DNA of 64,000 bases, from NCBI GenBank assembly GCA_951406725.2, contig OX597835.1, positions 14,818,001 to 14,882,000 on the forward strand, written 5' to 3'. Positions within the stretch are counted from its first letter, which is position 1. Every line of letters begins with the position of its first letter. This DNA is from Octopus vulgaris (Eukaryota). The position numbers were made by a program, and so were the translations under genes. Positions 13,655-23,649 of this stretch are shown here, in pieces. The notes under the pieces are model-generated. The model had not been told where the DNA came from and searched no databases. It worked only from the letters and a program-made list of their open reading frames with translations.

Positions 13655-14270
13655 ATTCTTTCTAATATACGCACAAGCCTAGGAACTTTGGGGGGAGGGT
13701 GATAGTCGATTGCATGGACCCCAGAATTCGACTGGTACTTAATTTATCGAAGGCAAAGTCGACCTCCGCGGAATTTGAACTCAGAACGTAACGGCAGGCG
13801 AAATACCTATTTCTTCACTACCCACAAGGGGCTAAACACAGAGAGGACAAACAAGGACATACAAACGGATTAAGTCGATTACATTAACCCCAGTGCGTAA
13901 CTGGTACTTAATTTATCGACCCTGAAAGGATGAAAGGCAAAGTTGACCTCATCGGAATTTGAACTCAGAGCATAACGGCAGACGAAATACGGATACGCAT
14001 TTCGCCCGGTGCTGTAACGATTCTGCCAGCTCGCCGACTTCTTTATCATCATAATAACAATAATTTCAAATTTTGCCACAAGGGAAGCTCCTTGTGGGAG
14101 GAGAAAAGTCGATTACATCGACCCCAGTGTTTCACTGGTACTTAATTTATCGACCCCGAAAGGCTGAAAGGCAAAGTCGACCTCGGCAGAATTTAAACTC
14201 AGAACGCAGCGACGGTCGAAATACTGCGATGCATTTCGTCCACCGTGCTAATGATTCTGCCAGCTCGCTG
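13655..14270 (-). mobile_element. Family B SINE cluster (composite copy 13655-14035 and older copy ~14108-14270)
   Basis: Matches to family B; the same gaaata|ggtatttc junction occurs at ~13800-13813. Confidence 0.8.
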
Positions 14271-14710
14271 CCAATTGTTTTAAATTTAGACACAAGACCG
14301 GTACTTGTTCTCATCGAATCGATAGAGGGGAAAGGTCGAGGTGCCGCGCTTTATTTTGAAACCGAAATTACGTGAACGCAGAGCGGGTTTCTCAACCCCA
14401 CAGCTTTCACGCCTCACAGAGAAACATTATACGAGGAACTATACTTTTCAAAGCTGACAAGAAATGAGTGCAGCTTCTCTTTGTCCTCAACGAGTACAAA
14501 CCAAGAGCTTCATTATCAACCGAAAGAATTTTTAGGTGTGGCCGTGTGGTTAAATGCTTGCTCCCCAACCACATGATCATGGCTGGGTTCAATCCCATTG
14601 CACGGCACCATGGCCAAGTGTCTTCTATTATAGCCCGAGGATAACCAAAGCCTTGTAAGTGGATTTGGTGGATGAAAACTAAAAGTTGCTTGTATGTGTG
14701 AGCGTATATC

Positions 14711-14936
14711 TATTTCTTTACTACCCGCAAGGGGCTAAACACAGAGAGGACAAACAAGGAGAGACAAACGGATTAAGTCGATTACATTAACCCCAGTGCG
14801 TAACTGGTACTTAATTTATCGACCCCGAAAGGATGAAAGGCAAAGTCGACCTCGGCGGAATTTGAACTCAGAAGGTAACGGCAGACGAAATACGGCTACG
14901 CATTTCGCCCGGCGTCTTAATGTTTCTGCCAGCTCG
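14711..14936 (-). mobile_element. SINE family B nested in an old family A copy
   Basis: High identity to family B; flanked by family A head (14535-14700) and tail (14940-15170) pieces. Confidence 0.85.
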
Positions 14937-15439
14937 TATGTGCGTATATCTATCTGTTTGTTTGTGCGCATGTCTGTCTGTCTGTCCCCCACAACCTCTT
15001 GATGACGTTGGTTTGTTTACGCTCCCGGGTTCGACAAAAGAGATCGATAGACTAAGTACCAGGCTTAAAAAAGTACTGGGGGTCGATTCGTTCGGTTGAA
15101 ACTTTTAAAGGCGATGCCCCAGCATTGCCGCAGTGCACGCAGTGCAATGACCGAAAACAAATTCAAGATAAACGATATGGCTAAAAGAAAACAAACAAAC
15201 CTAGCTAGGATATTGCAACGACATGGGAATTAAGTTCGCAAAACACAGTTTGAGAAAGAAAAACAGAAAAAATGGGGGTGGAGCGGGGTGGGTGGGTGGC
15301 AATGAAGAATGGTCTTCTGCCCTGTTAATTAAATGTTTCGCATGTTTGAGAGATTAAAATATAAACAGTCCATTATTTAAATGTCAGCGAGGGGAGAGGA
15401 CATGAAGGGAGGAGATATGGAGCGATGCTTACACATAAC

Positions 15440-15580
15440 TTTATATGTATATGTATGTGTGTGTATGTATGTATATGTATGTGTATGTCTATGTATGTAT
15501 ATGTATATGTATGTATGTATATGTATGTATATATATGTATATGTATGTATATATATGTATATGTATGTATATGTATGTAT

Positions 15581-15611
<31 letters not shown>

Positions 15612-15850
15612 TGTATATATGTATATGTATGTATATATGTATATGAATGTCTATGTATGTATATGTATATGTCTATGTATGTATATGTATGTATGTATAT
15701 GTATATGTCTATGTATGTATATATATGTATATGTATGTATATGTATGTGTATATATGTATGTCTATGTATGTATATGTATGTTTATGTATATGTTTATGT
15801 ATATATATGTTTATGTATATATATGTATATATGTGTTTGTGTGTATGTGT
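15440..15850. repeat. Compound (TATG/TA)n microsatellite
   Basis: Direct inspection. Confidence 0.95.
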
Positions 15851-16217
15851 GTTGCAACGAATGAACAGCATTCAATAGTGCAACGGAAGCGGTAAGTCTG
15901 CGGAATTGGTATGTTGCGACTCTATTTCAGTCACATTCAGCTTGTTAGAGAAATTGATAGTAGAGTGGGGGTGGGGAGTGAAATAAGAGACATAGTCCTA
16001 ACTTGCCCCCCCCACACACACACACACATAGTTTAGAGTTCTGTTAATGATAGGATCGACAAAAAAGTACTCCATCCAGTAAGCGATAAATATCACATAA
16101 TATAAGCTATTTACAAACGAGTAGTTTACAAGTAGTTACATGCTTTGGGCAAATTATTGTAACCCTGATGCATGAAACTATAAGTAGCTGTTTTGTAAAT
16201 TGCGTATATTAAATATT

Positions 16218-16570
16218 TAGGTGCAGGGGTGGCTGTGTGGTAAGAAGCTTGCTTGCCAACCACGTGGCTCCGGGCCGACCACAGCCTTGTGAGTGGATTT
16301 GGTAGACGGAAACTGAAAGAAGCCCGTCGGATATATATATATATATATGTATGTGTGTGTATATGTTTGTGTGTCAATGTTTGCCTCCCCAACATCGCTT
16401 GAGAATCGATGCTGGTGTATTTTCGTCCCCGTAACTTAGCGGTTCGGCAAAAAGACAGAATAAGTACTAGGCATACAAAAAAATAAGTACTCGGGTCGAT
16501 TTGCTCGACTAAAGGCGGTGCTCCACCATGGTCGCAGTCAAATGACTGAAACAAAGAAAAGAGTAAAGAA
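16218..16570 (+). mobile_element. SINE family A with internal deletion
   Basis: The head jumps from ...ctccggg to gccgacc, losing the B box and core. Confidence 0.8.
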
Positions 16571-16910
16571 AGTATATAAAATTAATGTTTGTCATTACGC
16601 TGTAGCCATGCTGGAGCATCGGATTGAAAGGTTTAAGAAGAACAAATCGATCTCAAATTTGGTATTTACTGTATTGTCATTTTTGCCGAACTCTTAAATT
16701 GTAGAAACGTAGACAAACCAACATCGGTGGTCAAGTGCTAGGATGGGTCACACAGTCATACACACATCAGATGGGCTTGTTTTCAGTTTCCATCTACCAG
16801 TCCTCTCAAAAGTCGTTGGTTTGCCCGTGGGCTATAGTAGATGACACTTGCTCAAGGTACCTCACAGCAAAACCGAACCAGAAGCCATGCGGTTACGGGA
16901 AAAAAAAAGC

Positions 16911-17248
16911 CTTAAAAATGTTTTAGCCCGAAGGCCGCGGCCATGCTGGGGCACCACCGCTGAATGAGCTACACTAATATGTGAATCCACCTCTGATACG
17001 TGGCACTTGGTCAACAAGGGAGTTCGATGTCGCTGCCCGCATCTGTGTCTCCTGTCGTGAGGTAGTTTCATCTGGGACTCCCGACAAGAAGAGATCCAGT
17101 TTAGTTTTAAAGAAACCCACATCCACACCATGCAAGTCTCTCAGGCATTTAGGGAGGATGTTAAAGAGCTGTGGTCCTCTGAAACCCAAGCTGTTGCAGT
17201 ATCTGATCCTGTATTTTGATGGTGATGTTGGAATCTTCGGTGCCACGA
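16911..17248 (-). mobile_element. 5'-truncated CR1/L2-group LINE (ORF2 C-terminus + 3' UTR) inserted into an old family-A SINE
   Basis: ORF ...NSLGFRGPQLFNILPKCLRDL...FKTKLDLFLSGVPD...* has the typical CR1/L2 ORF2 end, followed by a short 3' UTR with a terminal stem-loop. The interrupted SINE stops at ~16890 and resumes at ~17250. Confidence 0.85.
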
Positions 17249-17324
17249 AGGCAACTTCTTAACCACGCAGCCACGCTTGCGCCTTACATACACACACACG
17301 CGAACACATGTGCGCGCACACACA

Positions 17325-17726
17325 TACTCTTTTACTCTTTTACTCGTTTCAGTCATTTGACTGTGGCCATGCTGGAGCACCGCCTTTAGTCGAGCAAATC
17401 GACTCCAGGACTTATTCTTTGTAAGCCTAGTACTTATGCTATCGGTCTCTTTTGCCGAACCGTTAAGTTACGGGGACGTAAACACACCAGCATCGGTTGT
17501 CAAGCGATGTTGGGGGGGACAAACGCAGACACACAAACATATACACACACATACATATACATATATACGACGGGCTTCTTTCAGTTTCTGTCTACCAAAT
17601 CCACTCACAAGGCTTTGGTCGGCCCGAAGCTGTAGTAGAAGACACTTGCCCAAGGTGCCATGCAGTGGGACTGAACCTGGAACCATGTGGTTGGTAAATA
17701 AGCTACTTACCACACAGCCACTCCTG
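17325..17726 (-). mobile_element. SINE family A, full length
   Basis: High identity to other copies. Confidence 0.9.
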
Positions 17727-18195
17727 AATTACATAATATGTAATATAAGAATTACAGCTTGCAGTTTATAAATTTTGCGAAACAAAAAAATATGTCAGAA
17801 ATAAAATAAACGTTAAAGCAATAAGTAAATAAAATTAAGCTCGAATAATAGAGATTTTGATAAAATTAGCAGCGGTTTAAAATAATACATTGAAACAGTG
17901 GCTGCATTTAGTCCAGTTTGGTTGATTTCTTACAAATATCTGGAATTCTTTAACTAAACATTATGAGGAATTCTTTCTATCTTGTTACATGGAAGTAGTC
18001 ACGAGTTTAGTTAGTGTAGATGTGAACTTTCACCATGCCTGGACCTAAATGCTGAGTGCGCGTGCAGACGTGTATACGTTTGCTTGTGTGTCTATATGCA
18101 TATACGTGTATATGTTTATATATATATATATATATATATACGTCAACTACCACCCTAGAACCAACACACACACATATATATATATATATATATGT

Positions 18196-18361
18196 AGGCG
18201 TAGGAGTGGTAGTGTGGTAAGTTGCTTGCTTATGAACCACATGGTTCCGGGTTCATTCCCACTGCGTGGCACCTTGGGCGAGTGTCTTCTACTATAGCCT
18301 TGGGCCGACCAAAGCCTTGTGAGTGGATTTGGTAGAAGGAAACTGAAAGAAGCCCGTTGTA

Positions 18362-18400
<39 letters not shown>

Positions 18401-18607
18401 CTCTGTTTGTCCAACCATCATCGCTTGACAACCGATGCTGGTGTGTTTACGTTCCCGTAACCTAGCGGTTCGGGAAAAGAGACCAATAGAATTAGTACTA
18501 GGCTTACAAAGAATAAGTCCTGGGGTCGATTTGCTCGATCGACTAAAAGGTGGTGCTCCAGCATGGCCACAGTCAGATGACTGAAACAAGTAAAAGAGTA
18601 AAGAGTG
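18196..18607 (+). mobile_element. SINE family A, full length
   Basis: High identity; inverted relative to the copy at 17325-17726. Confidence 0.9.
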
Positions 18608-18749
18608 TATATATATATATATACACACATGGATATATATATAAACAAACATACGTATATGTTTATACGTATGTATATTTGTGTGTATATATGATGGAAT
18701 CTGCTGTCGAAGTCAATATGGGAGTGTTCTCTCTCTCTCTCTCTCTCTC

Positions 18750-19090
18750 TCGTTGAACAACCTGCGCACAAATAATTTGTTTGTAACGATCATACCTATG
18801 TGCCACATATTAAACTCCCCCACTCCACCCGCCATCAAATCGACATTGTCTGAACAGGTGCCACGTTGTGCCACGCGTTAGGTGTCGCAGAGCAATGTGA
18901 GATGAAGTGGTTTGCTCAAGAACACAACGCACCGACCGGTCTACGAACTGAACTCACGATCGCGCGGTAATCAGGTGTCGCAGAGCAATGTGAGATGAAG
19001 TGGTTTGCTCAAGAACACAACGCACCGACCGGTCTACGAACTGAACTCACGATCGCGCGGTAAGCTCCCGAACCACTAGGCCACGCACCT
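18750..19090 (-). mobile_element. SINE family D containing a perfect internal tandem duplication
   Basis: A 93-bp period duplication at 18880-19063 lies inside an otherwise diverged copy. Confidence 0.7.
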
Positions 19091-19862
19091 ATTGTGTGTG
19101 TGTGTGTACAAGTGAGCGTATATAAATGCAAATACGTACATTTTATATCAAACACCATGTATATAAATCTGACTTTTGTCCTCCACACTTAATATATATC
19201 GGTGTAACATTTCGATAAATTATTCACATATTTTCTTTCTACAAATAAATATTATGCATCGATTTCTGAAATAGAGTTTATTCTTCTAACTTATAAATCT
19301 CTTGATGTGCATAAGAAATCCCCCAGTATTCACCAATCAAAGACTTAGACAATGCTATTAAATTATTCATTAGCTAGCTGTTGATTTATTTTAACAACTT
19401 CAACCTCGCTCCCTGGAGCACGAAACTAGATAGGAAAAACCACAAAGTTTCTTCACTTTATGCTAACCCATCCACCTCAAAGCATTGTTAAGAGTCAGCT
19501 CTATACCACCGTCTGGCCTGCTAGTAATACAAGCAAATCCTCTCTCAAGTCATATCTTGTCATGTTAAAAAAAACTGTGTGTGTGTGGCTTTGATATAAT
19601 GGTTAGAACACCGGTCATGTTCACAGAAGGTATGGGTTCGTGTCCCAGAGCAATCTTCGACTTTTTCCTCTCTTTTTTTTTTCTAATCCAATACACGCCA
19701 TCCATTACTTACACGTATAGTGTTACCTACTTTGATATTATAGTTTGTGTTGTAACTCAAACAAACGATCGGATGTCGTTATATGATGCGCGTTACAAAG
19801 CACTCCGCACGGTTGTAGATTTCGAATAACACCCCGCTGGTTAGGCATGGAAGCAGACATGA

Positions 19863-19914
<52 letters not shown>

Positions 19915-19920
19915 GTATAT

Positions 19921-20200
19921 GTAAATATAATATGTGACAATTATTCGGTAACAAAGCTCCGAGTCTCGGATGTCGGGGCGGAAACCCACGCCGCCATCTC
20001 TTCAGTTATCGGCCATAACATTTTTTTTTTCGATGGCCGGATAACTGAAGAGGTGGCGGCGTGGGTTTCCGCCCCGAGATCCGAAACTCGGAGTTTTATC
20101 ATGGCTGCCAAATAACTGTCATATATATTTACAGATAAATTCCTCTATTTACATAACATCGAGGTCTCTGTCATTCTTTTGTTGTCTTACTATTTCTATC
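19921..20200. mobile_element. Inverted pair of Penelope-like terminal repeats (foldback)
   Basis: 19921-20016 is the imperfect reverse complement of ~20033-20132, separated by a T-rich spacer. Both arms carry the hammerhead-type module. Confidence 0.7.
20040..20100 (+). ncRNA. Type I hammerhead ribozyme motif (Penelope-like end)
   Basis: gataa-CTGAAGA-[stem II containing gcgg...ccgc]-GAAA-CT-CGG-AG-T-T|ttatc. Core boxes are intact, stem I gataa/ttatc is a perfect 5 bp, stem III is short, and predicted cleavage is after 20095 (GUU). Confidence 0.7.
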
Positions 20201-20247
20201 AAGATATACATACATACTTACACACACACACATACATATATATATAT

Positions 20248-20617
20248 ACTCTTTACTTGTTTCAGTCATTTGACTGCGGCCATGCTGGAGCACCGCCTTT
20301 AGTCGAGCAAATCGACCCCGGGACTTATACTTTGTAAGCCCAGTACTTATTCTATCGGTCTCTTTTGCCGAACCGCTAAGTGACGGGGACGTAAACACAC
20401 CAGCATCGGTTGTCAAGCAATGCTAGGGGGACAAACACAGACACACATATATATATATACGACAGGATTCTTTCAGTTTCCGTCTACCAAATCCACTCAC
20501 AAGGTATTGGTCGGCCCGGGGCTATAGCAGAAGACACTTGCCCAAGATGCCACGCAGTGGGACTGAACCCGGAACCATGTGGCTGGTTAGCAAGCTACTT
20601 ACCACACAGCCACTCCT
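20248..20617 (-). mobile_element. SINE family A, full length
   Basis: High identity to other copies. Confidence 0.9.
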
Positions 20618-21251
20618 GTATTAAAGAGAGGATGACCGTAACATCTTTTTGCCGTTGGGTCTCTTCAATCAGAATTGACCTGGGCCAAAGCAACAATAAG
20701 TATTGTATTTTTCGTTTGAAAGCTTTATGGACTCTGACGCGAAGTAACTCCTAAATGTAACAAAGTGATGATAAATCAAATATAATTGCACAGAAGAGAA
20801 TTTATGTGCAAGAAAAGAGAAAAAAAAATATAAGTATAAAACAAAAAAACAACGGGGGAAAAAATAATAATCTTGAGTCAATGTATTATGGTATGAAGGA
20901 AAGGAAGAGATATGGACGTTTGGATATTTGCTTTGTCGAGATTGATAGGGCTAGGAGAGAAACCCAAATATTAGAGGACACAATGTGTGTGTGTGTGTGT
21001 GTGTGGTTTGCAGAAACAGTATGGGTCAAAACAAATTACATTAATTTCCTCGAATTCTTTTTTGAAAAAAAATCTTTAGTTATAGAAAGGTACAAGCATG
21101 ACTGTGTCATAAGAAGCTTGGTTCCCAAACCACATGGCGTAGGATTCAGGCTCACTGCACGGCATCTTGGGCAAGTGACTTCCACTACAGGCAACCCGAC
21201 CAAAGCCTTGTGAGTGGATTTGCTAGACGGAACCTGAAAGAAACCCGCTAC

Positions 21252-21291
<40 letters not shown>

Positions 21292-22071
21292 GTTGTGTGT
21301 ACGTGTGTGTGTCTTTTTGTTTCTTTGTTTCCACCATTAATTAGTATTGGTATAACTTTGTGGTGTAGCAAAATGGCCCGATAGAATAAGTACTAGATGA
21401 GCACAAGGGTAGATGTAAACTACTTAACATGTACCAAAATTTGAAACCAATATTATAATTATATGCCAGCTGCTGCAAAGAATTAAATTCTAGTGCATTA
21501 AATTCTAGTGCCTATGTGCTTCCATATTCAGTGTTGCATAATATGTTACTTCCTAAGCTGCAAGAGGATAAAATAGTAATTATATCACAAGATTGCAAGT
21601 CTTAAACGTTTGTGCTGAGAATCTGCTTTTGAGATATGCACCTAAATTTACAGCAGCGAACGCCTGCAGCTTGAATGTACTAGTTACTATATATCTCCTA
21701 TCTTAATAGTTTTAATAATAACCACAATGTATTGCAACAACTTAACAGCGTTGAATGAATCAACTGTTTATTAAAGCTTCGTTCTCTTTCCTCAATTTGT
21801 TCTTGTAAAAATATTTCTAAGACAACTCTAACACCCAAAGCGGCCGTTAGTATTATATTCATATCGTGGTTTACATAATCTCAATACATAATCTCAGTAC
21901 TCTGTTTGTAATGAGAAAAGGAATTTTAGTTTAACATAAATAACCAACAGTGAGAAACATAATCTCAGTTAACGTACATAGATAGATTTCAGTGAAATTT
22001 AAACATATTACGATGTTTATTCTTAATGCGTTCTGGAAGATTCGAACGTGACCAGCTTTTTTTATGATGAA

Positions 22072-22463
22072 CTAGCAGTATCGCCCGGCGTAGCTCGGGT
22101 TTGTACGGGAAATAACTATAAGGCATTTTTAGAGAGTTATAGCCAAAAAATAGCAAAAGAAATGGAACAAAAATTATGGTAAATTTTTTTTGAGAGTTAA
22201 AAAAGGTAGAGTTGCGTCCCCTAGACAGTCTGCGGTTTGTGTTTCTGATTCTCGACCCCATGTCGAATTTATCGATTTTTTTTCAGAACTGGGGGAACTT
22301 TTCAAAATTTTCGCTGCATTAGTTTTGAATTATGACATTGGGCTATGTGTGTGTCAAGTTTCATCAGAATCGGTTGAAAGCAGTGGTCAGGGTGAGGGTA
22401 CAAGCAAACAGACACACAGAAACACACACAGACAAACTGCCGTTTATATATAGAGAGAAGAGA
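22072..22463 (-). mobile_element. Non-autonomous Helitron
   Basis: Minus strand reads A|TCTC... with an internal (tgtc/tgtg) microsatellite, a 3' GC hairpin cccgagctacgccggg and a terminal CTAG|T. Inserted between A and T with no TSD. Confidence 0.8.
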
Positions 22464-23307
22464 TATGTGTGCGTAACACTCGTTTCATTAGCATAAGAGA
22501 TTCTGCGACAATCGGTGTTTCAACATTGTTCTCCCTCCTCAGCCAAAGGCATTACCAGAGAGAGAGGGAGAGCCGATAGTTTTGCTTATAATTTCAGCAA
22601 ATTATTCATTGTTCCGTGGTGATATCTACCAAGCGATAATAAATCGCCATAAGCACAGTGAAAGACTATTTTATTTGTTTTTTACTTGGTGCATCTGGAA
22701 GAAGGTGGAGGCACATGGCCTAGTGGTTAGAGCAGTCGAGGGATCGCGGGTTCGAATCTCACACCGAGTGATGAGTATGTTTATTAGCGAAACACCTAAG
22801 CTCCATGCGGCTCCGGCAGAAGGTAATGGCGAACTGGTTAAAACAATGAATGTTGTTTTGGGTTTTCTAGAACTTTCTCGCGAAGAATTTCTTACTCAGT
22901 CGACAAAACTAAAAGTGATCAGTGTGTGTGTGTGTGTACGTACGTGTGTCTCTGTGTTCGTATGTGTGTGTGAGTATGCAGGTATTTGTGCATGCGAGAA
23001 TTGTACGTGCGCGCCTATGTACCATTGTTGAACATGTATGGAAACGATACAAGAATGCGTCCATACACACGAGTAAGATATCAGCCCGCATAAATATGTA
23101 TAACAAAACTATACCTATGCCAGCATAGATATGGTTTCTCTCTCTCACAAACATATATATGGATGTATGAATTCTACATCCATACAAGCGCACTCACATC
23201 CCAAAGTATCAGCAAACGTGTGCACGCACGAATATATATGTGTCGCCATTGATACAGAAACATATCTTCAAGCAAACATATACACGTATCGATACTCATT
23301 CATAACC

Positions 23308-23364
<57 letters not shown>

Positions 23365-23365
<1 letters not shown>

Positions 23366-23640
23366 AATCCAAACGGGAAACAAAAAAACAACAACAAGGG
23401 AACAATTACAGTATTATTATTAATAGGCGCTCAGGAAATGGAAGCAGGGAGGTATGACGTTTCGAGCGGAGCTCTTCGTCGGAAACATAAAGAAGGAAGA
23501 GAGAGGAAAGAAAGATCCCGGAGCGGGCAACGGAGATAGAGAAAAAAACGGCTGGTGTTAGCAGAAGCACATGGTGAAAGGCGGATGTTTACGATAACAA
23601 GAGCAAAGTGGGTTTTTAAAGGCAAAAGAGTGGAGACAAG
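23365..23640 (-). mobile_element. Penelope-like terminal repeat fragment with degenerate hammerhead-like motif
   Basis: Minus strand reads tttcCGACGAa-gagc-tcc-gctc-GAAAcgtc followed by pyrimidine-rich sequence. A related truncated copy lies at 2870-2965. Confidence 0.45.
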
Positions 23641-23649
23641 GTTGGTAAC

